64,000 nt of DNA from Nemertoderma westbladi (lineage: Eukaryota > Animalia > Xenacoelomorpha), in the NCBI GenBank assembly GCA_032718475.1, contig JAUCBJ010008850.1, positions 1,492 to 65,491 of the forward strand. The letters are read 5' to 3'. The first letter of the stretch is position 1, and every line of letters starts with the position of its first letter. The notes beneath the pieces are model-generated. The model did no database searches, was not told the DNA's origin, and saw only the letters and a program-made list of their open reading frames with translations. The position numbers and the translations under genes are program-made. Positions 1-13,200 of the stretch are shown piece after piece.

Positions 1-356
1 ATTATTAGCCAATAGGGGCGAGGGAAGCATCCACTAGGTTAAGAGGCCACAGTAGTATAGGAGTAATTATACATATATATATTATCCTGCTACCGGTCTG
101 TAAATCAGTTATTCAGTTATTGGTTATTAGTGCAGACTGGTGACAATCCTCACCGTCAGCAATATATCCACATACCGGTACCCTATACAACTGTCAGTAT
201 CCACTGCTCTTCATTGTGCTATTATTCAGTCACCTATATTCAGTATTAACATTGAAAGCATCAGAGAGATAACAACTGAACAAACTCTTATTTTATTTCA
301 CTACTACGGTGACGCGTGGTCTATTTAACCGGTCGGGATCCCTTGATCCCGTCACA
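1..356 (+). mobile_element. 3' part of a solo or 3' LTR related to the LTR at 60201-60751
   Basis: Shares AGCCAATAGGGG..GGAAGCAT, GACGCGT and the terminal hairpin CGGGATC..ATCCCGTCACA with 60430-60751; ends in TCACA at 356. Confidence 0.7.
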
Positions 357-1841
357 GTTTCAATAAAAAATTATCAAATCCCTCGAGCCCCGAAAAAGTC
401 GGCCCAGATAATAAAAATTACAGAAAATAATTGATAAAATAAAAAACTATATTTTGGTACAGTACATCCCAGTATTTCACAGTATTGCAGTAGGCCTATT
501 TCACTCCACGACAATAACTTTTTAATTATTTGTTTTGAAATTTTGATATCCAGTTTTGTAATTTATTTTTTTGTTACATAGACTTTTTCAAACTTGTATC
601 CAAACTTATTTAAAAACATACACGAGGCTCTGCTATGAGATACAAATTATAATTGAGCAATTCTATCATAAACCGTGCTCGTCCCATGCTAAATGTATTC
701 ATTCGATATACAATCATATATTAATCCGCTAGGTGGTGTCAAATTCTTATTCTGCAATTTCGTACTTACCAGTGCACAGTAGCCTACACTTCGTAAAAGA
801 TAGACTTCATGATTCTCTACAAGCAACCAAAATTTAACATTAAAAAAAACCACATAACCTGGCTTAGTTTTTCACCAAACTTTACAAATTTTCTAAATTT
901 TCCGTCTACTACTTACCAACTAAGTTTGGTTCAATTCCGAATCAGCGATGCCGAGAAATTCGCGTTCAAACATTTACCAGACTGACAGACGGACGGACGG
1001 ACATGCCCCATTTGCCCTAATATAAACCGTATGTCAAGGCTCGCCGACTTCGTGTCTCGCCCCACAGAATATCCAATCAAATTTGTTTCCCCAATTTTGC
1101 AAACTCGTTCTAAAGGCTTTTCAAAACTTTGTTAGTTAAGAGTTGTTATTTTGTTATGATTTGGGATTGATAAGAAGGTACCGGTACATGTTTATCATAT
1201 AAAATGCTAAAATTTGTTTATTTTATTTGCAGATTATGATCAATTGTGGTGCTTTTCGTCAAGAACAGTTCAATATCATTTGATTGTGGAAATTAGGATT
1301 TAGTTAACACTTACTAAATAGATACTGTACTCGACTACTTGCTACATATAAAAAATGTGACTTCAGTAGGCCAGTAGATTTGGGTTGTATAAGGGCGTAC
1401 TAACTATTATAGAGTAGATTTAATGTGTATATTTGATATACAATAATAGTATTGTATCACTTCTTTGTTATCAAATATAATTAATAAAAGATAATGATGT
1501 TTAACTTTCAGGTATTATTTTGTGGTGGCAGGACACTTATTATGGTTACGAATGAGTAGGCCTATTATATTTTTATAAACGCTACTCAATTATTACAAGT
1601 TGTAAAATTAAATACATCTGGGGAAGATAGAAAATAATTTAAAAACTCTCATAGAGACTGTGTTGGAAAAAATAATAAAGTAGGGATATTCTGTGAAAAT
1701 CGAATAATGATTCTAAAAATATAAAAAAAAATCGTAGCCTACTATTAGTGTTTCTAGCAGAACACATATTTTTGTTATTGATTACCGGTAATAATTTATA
1801 TTAATTATTTTTTATATTAACATTATTTATTTGGATCCGGA

Positions 1842-1955
1842 GAAATCCGACCCAGACAATTCCGATCTAGAACAATTCCGACCCGGACAATTCCGACCCA
1901 TGAAAATTTCTTTCGACCTCTGAGTGGGCCGGAATTGTCCGGGTCGGAATTGTCC
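1842..1955. repeat. Small foldback/MITE remnant built from ACAATTCCGACCC units
   Basis: About 4 direct copies of the AATTCCGACCC-type unit followed by inverted copies (GGGTCGGAATTGTCC). Confidence 0.55.
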
Positions 1956-3420
1956 TAACTTCCCAAGAGGCCTGTACGTATAGTAGGTCTGGTGTTTCAT
2001 AGAAAGAAGCTGTAATGTTTTGAGAATACCCGACTTCGAATTCTTAATACATGCTTTTAATAATTCAGGTAAATTGGATAATAATAATTAAACTTTATTA
2101 TGGATTGCCTGCTAAATAAATATTGACGAAGTTATAATATGTTTAAAAGAAAAAACTCAGAACAGTAGAAAATGTGAAAAAGTGAGAAAAAGGGATATAA
2201 ATCCAAGTATAAAATGACTTCATTGGATGGTTCCTTATTAATAGACGGGCGGAATTTAAACTGGCAATACAACAAGTAATATGTAAATATACCACTATGT
2301 ACATTAAAATTTACAGTGTCAATTTCAATTTCTTAATTAATGTTAACATCTTGCTCCTTTAGGTTATACATTACTTCATTTATAAGATAATAAATATAAC
2401 ATTTCTGTGTTAAGTTTACTTTAACACAACGTCTATAGTACCCGTGTAGTTCTATTTTAGAGTTTCACAAATGGTTCCATTAGTGGTTCTGTATTATCAA
2501 CCAATTAGCTGGTGAATGATTAGGCCCCTACTCACTCATGTCACCTAAAGCTTGGTTGGTGCATGTTTCTATCCGAGATGAGTCAATTACAGTTCCGTGT
2601 GGCAAACCAGCAATCTGTTGGCAGAGTAAAGAAAGGCAGTTGCGGAGTGTTCCTCCTTGGGGTTGAGGTGATGCCATCGCTACCTTACAGGTAACATTCA
2701 AGAGAGAAGAGATTCGATATTTCGAGTTTCATGATCATGATAAATTTACATTACTTTTACTGAAAAAAAGCAGTACTGTAACTATATTACAGTATGTTTC
2801 TGACACATCCCGCAATAAAGACACTATTCAACATTATCCAAGCATTTCAACGAGATACCTCATGCCATTCAAAAGTGATTACCTATGAATGAATCACCCT
2901 GTATTACATGACATGTTCAAATTGGATGCTTTCTTCCTGAAAGTCAAATTAGTAACATGAATTTCCCAAATCGCGTAAAAATTTCCCCGATGTAAATGAA
3001 TAAATTATCGTATTTAATGGCAAATAATTCCATCTCCCTGCCGGCTGCCGCCCCAGAAATGTTAACGCAGTTTCTGTTGTTACCAATACATAATATATAA
3101 CTGCTTAATTACCATACAACGCTTTTAAGAATATTCGTAGTAAAATTTTGATGTACTGCTCGGCGTAGGAATAAAAATGATGTGTGCGTTGAATTCAAGC
3201 TTTCTATTGGCTACCAATTCAACTTTTGGGCTTCTTCCATTGGTCATTGCCCCGGAGACCATACCTAGAATGTTTTTCTTGAAAAGTTAACCGACGGATT
3301 AATTAACCATTTATAAGGCGCAGTTTGTTGTAACTCCTCGAATAAGTTTAATACGTATCTCGCTTAATTTGAATATTAAGAAGATTAACTGAACACGTAA
3401 GTACCTAAATGTATTATTTT

Positions 3421-4542
3421 AACTAGAGACGGGCCTAGCGGCCCGTGAAGCAAGTCGTAGGAGACAGTACGAGTCAAGTAGAAGCTTTTTGTTCTGTCTG
3501 ATATAATCAATTAGTGTGAGCGTAGTCCCAATGGTGTACGAGAAATTTTCTAGACAACTTCAAACTATAATTATTATGTTGTAATCATCTAATGAATTAT
3601 AAAAGCTGTTGTGATTATAGAAGATAGAGAGCTGTTAGCGAAATGATTATTTTGTTCTATCGGATAGAGTAGTCAGAGGAGTCGAGGTGTCAATTGATTA
3701 ATAAAATAACAGCATGTTGTCTTGAATTCAATACAATCGCGCACAAGAAGTGATAAAGACAAATTCGGTCTTATTTTTGTAATAAATAAAACAAGTTGAG
3801 ATGTTTCAATGTAAACCGCGATTGATTAACAATTTACAGTGTTCAATGTAAACTACGATATTAATTAAATACAACAATGAAATTATTATTATAACAGATT
3901 TTTATATTTCAAACGATTATGGAGAATCATTATGAGGCTGAGTAAACATTCAGCCTTATTATAAGCATACAGCCTCCACAGTATTAATGTTGGCACAAAG
4001 ATTTCAAAATAAAACAATTATTATTAGATGAGAGCTAGAGAGCACAGTTGGGAAGAGTTATTCAGCTGAGACTGTAATAGCCAGCTAAACCAGTTAATGT
4101 TTGCTTACTGTCTGGGTTGTAGAGTAGAGTGATATTAAAACTTGGCAGAGAAAGTACTTCTTTGTTAGTTGGCCCTTCCTATTGAATGCATTACCAGGCC
4201 ATCTCTATACATATTTCATGAGTGCCAGCTGGTGTTTTATCATTGCGCCTATGGCAATTTTCGTGTTTTGGGGCTATTTTTCGAAATAAAACAAGTTTAA
4301 ATGTTTCAATTTAAACCGCGATTTCACAAGTACCCATAGAAATCTATTTTCATGGTTCATGCAAAATTTAATCAAAATCGTAAGCGCCGTTTTTGCTCTA
4401 GGTCAGTAGCCAGCCAGTAGTCAATAGCCAGTAGTCAGTAGCCAGTAGTCAGTAGTCAATAGCCAGTAGTCAGTAGCCAGTAGTCAGTAGTCAGTAGCTT
4501 TTTTTCTTATAGTAGACCTAATCAAGTCTGACGACTTGCTAA
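3421..4542 (+). mobile_element. Putative non-autonomous Helentron-type (HINE/DINE-1-like) element
   Basis: Starts after a T-run with AACTAG and hairpin ACGGGCC-TAGC-GGCCCGT; (AGTAGTC/AGTAGCC)n microsatellite at ~4405-4498; 3' hairpin CAAGTC-TGAC-GACTTG at 4523-4538. Boundaries inferred. Confidence 0.45.
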
Positions 4543-5919
4543 TTATAAGGTTCCCTAAACACTTAATTCCAACATCATGGTGGCCCTGAACGGCGATTTT
4601 TGTAATTTTTTTTTGTTTCCCCGAATGATGCAAACTCGTTCAAACTGTTTAATTTACAATATTGTATTTTCTAATAAACAATGAGACACTCTCAGACTTT
4701 ATATGTAATCCCAACACATTGACTTTCCTATTCTGTACTTCGGTACAACTGTGTACTACTCAGTACTTCACATGTACTTACTGTACTACATACAACTACG
4801 AAATTCGCAAACTGCCTGAACTTTATAGTAAAACATTTAACTGAAGCAATAGTAAACACGAACGACTTTACTAAACTCGGATAAACAAATCGAATTGGTT
4901 GGAGTGGTTTCTAAAACATGTGGTATATCAGTTACAGTATGGTTGTTAGGTATAGGCCTACATAAGAAACTAATCATTTATTTTGCAAAGTAGGTGTTTC
5001 CCCAAGTTTTGTAAAGTCGTCGAAACAAATGCTGCATGCAGTCATATAAGGCATAGGATATTAGAAAATAAAAAGCTTTAAATGTTTATTAAATGTTTAT
5101 TAAATGTTGTTTATTAAATTACCCTTAGGATCAGTAGTATATTACGTAGTTTCAAAAAATACTAGTGAATACTGCGGAATGTGATGCTTTTAAAAAAACT
5201 TTTAAAAAATGTTATAGCAAGAAGTTTTGTCTTTTCACACCTCACTCCCAAAACGAATCTGCTATTGTTGAGAGTATCTAGAAAACGCCACATATTACAG
5301 ACACCCAGGCCTGTGTAACATTTTTTGCTGTAACTTATGTCCACAGTAAAAATTGAGGACCGGCGAGGTGATATACTTATATATATATAGGTTAGATACA
5401 CGTATGTCTAACTGAGTACGCCGATCATATTATGCGCCCCCAGTCTGAGACTAGAATCTCTGTAGTATTTCGTGGTTCAAAAATACCGGTCGACTTTGTC
5501 TATTAGTGTAGACCTACAGTAATTGTCCTGCCAAAATTGGTAGATACTTTAGAGTAGAGTGTACTATATAACTACACCTACAGTATACCGTTAGTCGCTG
5601 TGATGGTTCATGGTTATTATACAGTACAGTACCATTTCATTGCAGCGAATAGTTAAAGACTGCCAAGTACAGTAGGATTGAGCACAGTGGTTGTAGATGA
5701 TGATATTGACAGTTTGAAGGAAAAAAATAGGACCAATATCAGGTAATTGTTCAAGGTCTACCTTTTATCTTAGACGCTATGTGAATAGTTAGATTGCCAG
5801 ACTTCCATTCTGGAAGTAACCTGACTGGTAAAGGGTTAATAATCTTTTTACCTCAAGCTGGACAGTCCCCGGGTTCAATCCTGGACGGATTCAAGTAAAA
5901 TTTCGTAACTGGAGAGTGC

Positions 5920-6614
5920 ACCCACCACCCAGCACCCATCACACAGCATCCAGCATCCAGCACCCAGCACACAGCACCCAGCACTCAGTACACAGCACCC
6001 AGCAACCAGCACACCGCACCCAGCACACAGCACCCAGCACACAGCACCTAGCACACAGCACCCAGCATACAGCACCCAGCACCCAGCATACAGCACCCAG
6101 CACACAGCACCTAGCACACAACACCCATCACACAGCACCCAGCATACAGCAATACTACAACATCCCGGGAGAGTGCACCCAGCACCCAGCAATGCTACAA
6201 CATCCCGGGAGAGTGTATCCAGCACCCAGCAATGCTACAACATCCCGGGAGAGTGCACCCAGCACACAGCAATGCTACAACATCCCGGGAGAGTGTATCC
6301 AGCACCCAGCAATGCTACAACATCCCGGGAGAGTGCACCCAGCACCCAGCAATGCTACAACATCCCGGGAGAGTGTATCCAGCACCCAGCAATGCTACAA
6401 CATCCCGGGAGAGTGCACCCAGCACACAGCAATGCTACAACATCCCGGGAGAGTGCACCCAGCACACAGCAATGCTACAACATCCCGGGAGAGTGCACCC
6501 AGCACACAGCAATGCTACAACATCCCGGGAGAGTGCACCCAGCACACAGCAATGCTACAACATCCCGGGAGAGTGCACCCAGCACACAGCACACAGCAAT
6601 GCTACAACATCCCG
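5920..6614. repeat. Compound tandem repeat: CAGCAC(C/A) short units, then ~11 copies of a 40-bp unit
   Basis: Unit GAGAGTG(C/T)A(C/T)CCAGCAC(A/C)CAGCAATGCTACAACATCCCGG repeats from ~6155. Confidence 0.95.
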
Positions 6615-7090
6615 TAGTATTGTATAACAACATTTTCCCCGTTTACAAATTGAAAATTCGAAATTCATTGTTCTACAGTAAAAGTAATCGAAAATATCCA
6701 TGATGTGAAGGTTGTCAGTAAACTGACGCCATTAAAAAACTGAAGTACAGCAAGTTTTATTATTCATAGCGGGAGGCTAACCTATTTATGTAGAGGGCCA
6801 AAGTCCGTGTCTCCATGGTAAATGTACTCGCCTAATTGACTGAGAGGGGCTTCAGCTGTGTATTGTACGTTGAATCTTGAAGTAATTAAATGTGGCGTGT
6901 CTCTGGTAAGCCAATATAAGCTACACAGTAACATTAGTCAGGTGCGGCGGTTTGTTAGCACTAATGGAAAGGAAGTCCCTCAGGGTTGGTCCATCAATGA
7001 TTTCTAAAGAGTGCGAATGTTATTAGAGGTGGAGCTCTTTGGTAACTCTTAAGTTGTCTTTCTTAGATTCCCTGCTTTGGTGCTCTTGTA

Positions 7091-7169
7091 GAGTGTAGCG
7101 AGTGTAGCGAGTGTAGCGAGTGTAGCGAGTGTAGCGAGTGTAGCGAGTGTAGCGAGTGTAGCGAGTGTA
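7091..7169. repeat. (GAGTGTAGC)n 9-bp minisatellite
   Basis: About 9 perfect copies. Confidence 0.95.
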
Positions 7170-7686
7170 ACTGTGAAGTAATCTTGTTTCATTTACTGTA
7201 TCATCAATTGTACAGTTACACGAGTGAGGCCGCAAAAAAAGTCGCGCAGTCGTGCAGCAAAAGCTGCAAGCCATCTTAGCGAACAATTATAAATTGACTA
7301 TGGCTAGTTATATATTGGCTTCCGACACACACACACACCTACACACACACACAGACTTTTAGAAAACGGCCATAGTATAATTATAACAGTTCGCTGATGG
7401 CTCGCAGTTTTGACTCGCCCCCCAAGTTTTTGTAGAAAAGCCACCTTTCTGGGTTAAAGCCTAAAACCAAGAATTTTCATTAGAAAGTTTCACTTCACCA
7501 AATTACTCAACCTTGCTTAATTAATTCCTACAACCCTCCTTCCAACTCCTTCCAATTTAAATAACATACAGTATGTACAGATTTTGTAGTACATTAAGTA
7601 TTTTATTCGTAAATGTGAAATATTATGTAACTCGCAAGGTGCTATATAAGAACTTTTTACTAAGATCATTTTGACATACTGTACTC

Positions 7687-8305
7687 GGGACTCTTACACT
7701 TTGCCGTGCCATTGTAGCAATTATGTTTCTTGATATAATAAAATGATCTTAAAATATTTATTCTAGAACAAAATAATTTTTATGTTAAATGAATAGATAA
7801 TTATGTTTTCAAACATTTAGAAAAAAGTAACAAAAACTAGCTACCGGTAGTGTAAAAAATTTATACAAAGATAACATACAATAAAATTAAAAAAATTAAC
7901 AAATTAGCTAGTGCTTTTTATTTTTTGTTCTAGAACAAAAAATATTTCTTCTAGAACAACATTTTTATATTAACTGAATATATAATATGTTCTAGAAGAT
8001 TAAAAAAAAGAAACAAAAACTAGCTAGTATAAAAAATTTATACAAAGATAACATACAATAAAAAATTAAGAAATTAACTAGTGCTTTTTATTTTTTCTTC
8101 TAGAACAAAAAATATTTGTTCTAGAACAAAATTGTTATATTAAGTGAATAGATAATATGTTCTAGAATATTTAAAAAAAGAAACAAAAACTAGCTAATAT
8201 AAAAAATTTAAACGTAACAAAATGTAATTGTACGTAGAGTATTATTACAATCTAAATATAATTATATTGAATATATAGATGGCACGGCAAACTGTAAGAG
8301 AGCCC
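7687..8305. mobile_element. MITE with ~26-bp TIRs and internal AT-rich tandem repeats
   Basis: GGGACTCTTACACTTTGCCGTGCCAT / ATGGCACGGCAAACTGTAAGAGAGCCC; TGTACTC on both flanks (7680-7686, 8306-8312). Confidence 0.8.
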
Positions 8306-8688
8306 TGTACTCTTCTGAACCACGACCTAGTATTTTAAATATGATTACAATTCTTGCCTCTATTGATAACGCTCTGATCTTAAGCTTATAAGATAAGATA
8401 TAAGTCTTAAAGCGTTGAAGGAAATGGCTAATCTTAAAATACTTTTTGTACTACTTTTTTTCAAGTTTGCTATAGAGTTGGATCATCCTTAGTCCTGTTT
8501 AATTACTTAATAATTTATACAATCTATGGATGTTAAAACATATAAACAATAAGATTCGTTTGCAGTACAGGTCATAACTGCTACTGTATTAGAATACAGA
8601 TTAAATCCATCCGTAAGGAGGACTGTATTCAATAGCAACCGTAAGGTAGCTTACCACCTATAGCAAAACAAATCGGAAAGATGCAGGA

Positions 8689-8760
8689 GCCCCCGTGGTG
8701 TAGTGGTTAGCATACCTGAACGTTTATCGGGAGACGCGGGTTCGATCCCCGCTGGTGGCG
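8689..8760 (+). pseudogene. tRNA-like sequence (tRNA pseudogene or SINE head), nominal GTT anticodon
   Basis: 72-nt cloverleaf GCCCCCG TG GTGT AGTGGTTA GCAT A CCTGA ACGTTTA TCGGG AGAC GCGGG TTCGATC CCCGC TGGTGGC G. Anticodon loop lacks Y32-U33; one acceptor-stem mismatch. Confidence 0.7.
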
Positions 8761-11660
8761 AATTCATGTTTCCGCAAGTCCTGTTTAAATAAATTACTTA
8801 ATAATTTTTTCAAGTTTTTTCCTGTAATTTAACACCCTATCCCTCTCCCGCAGAAAACTACTGAAATACCAGTTAATTACAACTGCAGAACTAATAAAAC
8901 TTGCTGCACCGCGTTATTTTCTATTAATCGATAATTACATTGTTGTTGTTGTTGTTGTTGATATATACAGATAGATTTTCTTGCGTCTATAAGTCTATAA
9001 CCCCCCCCCCCCCCCCCCGTGCGCCCAGGTGCTTATTGTAAACATCATATAATGCTGTAAATTTTTTATGAGATCATATAAACAAGCAAGTTGATTGAGC
9101 TGTCGCTCTTGATAGCTAGATCAAAGGATTTGAATGTTAAATCAGGATTTTATTTCCTATGCTACCGTTCTTTTAACCACTTCTTTCTTTGCACCCCTGT
9201 ATAAGATATACAGTACAGTTTACGGTACAGCTCACTGTCTTTAGATTTACCTTTGGTAGGCCTGAAAATATATCCACCTCTTGCGTCTATCACAATTATA
9301 TCTTTATACAGTAGATTAACCAATAGCCTACTGTACTGTGTACCATACGTTTTAATGAGAGTAGCTGAATCTTTTTAACTTTTCAAACCCACAAAGGTTG
9401 TGGGAAATCTCGATCTGGTGTATACATCCGACTTGAAGGTGCAACAGCGTCGACACAAAGTCCACACGATTTCCTGCCTAAATCAACAGCATACCGGCCA
9501 GAGTCCCTAAACTGACCACTTCTCAGGCACTCTGATCAAATTTCCTTCCTGTGAACTGTGTTAATGATGATTATATTAACTATATATTCGCGTGATTGTT
9601 AGCTGCAGCGGTTTGGCCTTCCTTTCCGGTACAGTCAGTGAGTGTAGCTGCAGGTACGGTAAATGGCTTTATGCAGGTCACAACTTCATTAAAAGCCCTG
9701 TCCAAATTACAAGGCTACTTATCAAAGCCCTGTGGAATGCTTTCTTGGGAGAAATCAATAACAATTTGCGAATTGTGTTAAATGAAGAGTTGCTAGATAG
9801 CATCAAAGCTGTGAAGTTACACTAAATAGAAATTGAAATACTGAACATTGAAAAAGTAGCAGTATATTTCAACCTGTAAACTTTAAATGGGATTCCCCAG
9901 AAATACTGTAGTTTGATATTTTGAATATATCAATATCCGCTCCCCGTTAGATTTAAGTACCTTCGAAGTAGAATGGTTATTATCCAACGGCTTCCACCAC
10001 AAGATTAGTTCGCTAAAGGTGCGTTGTCTGTGGGTTCAACGCACAGTCCGCTGCCCATGCCTTGATTTTGCAGCCAACTAATTCGACTCCATGTCAAAAC
10101 CTCTGAGCAAACCAAAACTTTTAAATTATTTTAAATGATTTGTACGTACAGTAGTTACTGTAATTATTACATGCAGTATTTATTTTATTTTGAATTTTAA
10201 GTTAATTCAAACTTATCAGTTAGATATATTAAATGCGTCATATCCTCAATATATTAATTTTTACTAGCCGTCCCACGTACTGCAATATTGTCTGCAATTG
10301 ATTATTCACAAGCTGCTATTTTCTATTGTTGTTTTGTAAACATTATTGTTTTTTTTTATTAAAAACATTGGGCCTTTGAATAATTAAATCTGTGGGCCAT
10401 TCATTTATATGAGTCATAAACACACATCGTCGTAAAACGTAGAGCAGCAATGCTGCCGATTATGGTAAGAAACCATAAATAATACCGCCTTACTTTTTAC
10501 CAACATAAATACAGTATATATAATTATCATTCCTCCCTATATATTTTACATCATAGAATTCGATTAACAAGTATGCATTCCCGATTGGTTTATTTATTCA
10601 TCGTCTTCACCCTCTTTATTGTCTGCCAGACTTCATACATCCCCCGAATGGACTTGGAACCAATGGATTCAGTCTACCTAGGCGATCCTGACAGACAGGT
10701 TAGCTTGGAAAATTGTTATACTATTTAAAATTGTTCTGAATAAAATCCTGGTAAAATATCATTAAAGTTTAAATAAATTCATAAGACCTACATTATGTGT
10801 GACGAGTCAGAACAGTGAGCTATCAGCTTCCACAATTCGGGAGGTTTTCCAAATTGGGGGGTGTGTGTGCGTTATTGCCGAAAGCCAATGATTGGGCATT
10901 CTGATACAACCCCCCCCCCCCCCCCCCCCCAAGTTGCGGCCATTTTGAGGGCTGCCATGTACCACTGCACTTTTTCGGTGAGTTATTTTGCAAGAAGGCC
11001 CAAGACCTGTTATATGTACTGTAGGTCTACATACTGTGTAAACATATTTCAGTGTTCTGTAGAAACTGTAGGCCTACATGGCCATGGCCAGCATTACAGT
11101 AAAGCATAGGCAAGTACACCGTTCCCCGGAATATAATGTCGTAGTGCATTTCGGCCCCTACCGCCAATTTTTACTACAAAATATTCATGAGATTCCATGC
11201 AATTTAAAGGCAATGGTTTCACCTTCATCCTCCTTTCTTGGTTGCCAAAATTTATATTTTCACTTTCAATCCTTAGCTACTGTAAAACAAGCATTTAAAA
11301 AGTGTCTCCGTCGAAATTACACAAGTTACACTGTAAGATTCATTTGTGTCGTATCTGTCACTGACTTTTGACACTACAGTATATTCCGGGGCATGGTGGT
11401 TGTTACTGTAGGAGGTTTTATCAACTTATAGAAACACGCCTATGATGACGTATACAGTAATACTGTAGTAGTAGCGGGCTTTTTGAAAATCCTAAAGATA
11501 TTTTCTAATTTGTAATTTGAAGTCAATAAATAGTTCTTTTAGCACACAGTTTTAGTACGTGGTAAATTCGTATTGTTTGTCGGCCAGTCGGTCTGACTCA
11601 ATGTGTGAACATGTACAACCCAACAACCACTCGAATATAATTTAATTTAAATTTAAATTA

Positions 11661-11772
11661 TTAATAAGGTCTAACGGTGTTCTGTATTATTATACTTAAA
11701 GTAAATTAAATTAAATTAAATTAATAATTTAAATAATGTAAAATAATACAGAACACCGTTAGACCTTATTAA
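11661..11772. repeat. ~31-bp perfect inverted repeat around an AT-rich spacer (MITE-like)
   Basis: TTAATAAGGTCTAACGGTGTTCTGTATTATT ... AATAATACAGAACACCGTTAGACCTTATTAA. Confidence 0.8.
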
Positions 11773-12851
11773 TTATTATTATTTTAGGAAATATTAGCCA
11801 ATGACAACATGAATGGGCAATTCGGAGGGTTTATGGGAAATAGACAAATTAAAAGAGATGTGTGTATCGACAGACGACGTAAAATTATATATAAATGTGG
11901 TTCAAGGCCGAACGTATAAAGCGTAAGTTATATAAGTATAAAAACAGTACATAGTTTACCTGCAAATATCGCCCATGTGAAGAATACCATGTTTTCAGTT
12001 TTCGGTGATATTTTATTTGAATTTATGAAGCATTTTGTATTTTTTTTATTTCTCCCCATTAAGCGACTTATAACGACTATATCTATCTTATAACCTGTAC
12101 ATACAGTATGCTAATTCGTTTATTGTTTTGGTTAGATTCAGCCCTACTGTAACCTGGGTTTTAAGCGAAAACCTGGAACTGTAGGCCAATTCTTCACATG
12201 GGGGTAAACTGCAAAGTGACATATTGCGTGGTAAATACAGTAACATTATTTATCGTACAGTTAACTTAGTCTGTCGAAGACCTTCGCTATTTGGAAGCCA
12301 ACTCCAAACCAACATGGCCTGCGTGACAGTTTGACTTTTTAAGGATAATAAGTATTATAATCACTCAATGACTCTAACAATACATTAGACTTACATTACA
12401 TATGGAACTTAAACAAACGTAAAAATACTGTATATAATGTTTTATATTTTAGGTTCATTGAGGTAATCATGGATCTCGCCTGCTTGAGTAACTCCCACTA
12501 CCAAGAAAATTAGCTTTAATATAAGTTAATTGTTAATTATTAACTCTTTTAGTAAACTGGTTTTTCGCTTTATTATTAAAATATGGTTCCACGTGTAGGT
12601 CTACAATACTGTATTTGAACAACTAGCGTTATATTGTAGCTTTACGTTTCTGTAACAATGTAAGGATAAATAGCATTTTATTATGTTAAGAATATAGGTA
12701 GGCCTATATGACTTAATGTACAGGTATAGAATTATATTCCCTAAATGCCGTGGATTTTCAAAATTTTATTTTATTCGGATTAACTTTTGTAAAGATTGCT
12801 TTGAGTTCTCATTAGTATTGGTTCTATCTATTGTACATCTATCGGTCAAGT

Positions 12852-12938
12852 GGTTCAGTAGCTCAGTTGGTAGAGCGTTGGAAATTATATGTGTAGTAGG
12901 TATCGAGTTCGAATCCTAGTAAGTGCGAATTATTTTTT
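12852..12938 (+). promoter_or_regulatory. tRNA-derived Pol III type-2 promoter in U3 (copy at 27513-27599)
   Basis: A box TAGCTCAGTTGG (12859-12870) with GCTC/GAGC D-stem, B box GAGTTCGAATCC (12905-12916), T6 at 12933-12938. Confidence 0.75.
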
Positions 12939-12995
12939 GTACAGAATTTCAACTCGTTTAAATTAACCGCTACAAATTAATTGCATTTGTCTGTA

Positions 12996-13200
12996 CCAAT
13001 GAGACTGTAGTTATTTGATTGTAACCAATGTCGTGCAAGTTATATATTAGCTGGACCAATAGCTATCTTTAAAACCTTGTTAGAACCCATAGAACAATCG
13101 AGAATTTTCTCGATTGATTGCGGCACAAATTTGCTATAAAAGGGTGCGATTTGTTCATTAGTTATTATTCTATATTACTCTCTCAGTTATTCAGTTATCT
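12996..13200 (+). promoter_or_regulatory. Putative Pol II LTR promoter
   Basis: CCAAT at 12996, 13025, 13056 and CCCAT at 13086 (~30-bp spacing); palindrome 13095-13116 with GAAnnTTC; TATAAAAG at 13135; TCAGTT initiator-like motifs at ~13183-13196. Confidence 0.65.

Noticed and set aside
920-1063. Helentron/HINE-like 3' end with (GACG/GACA)n microsatellite
   Set aside because: Suggestive only; boundaries could not be defined.
5875-6703. Overlapping H/Q/C-rich ORFs
   Set aside because: Translations of tandem repeats in several frames.
9380-10700. Possible exons or ORFs in GC-richer patches
   Set aside because: No recognisable protein or consistent exon chain could be built.
12852-12925. Functional tRNA gene or self-encoded tRNA primer in the LTR
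   Set aside because: Acceptor, anticodon and T stems do not pair, and it has no complement to the PBS.
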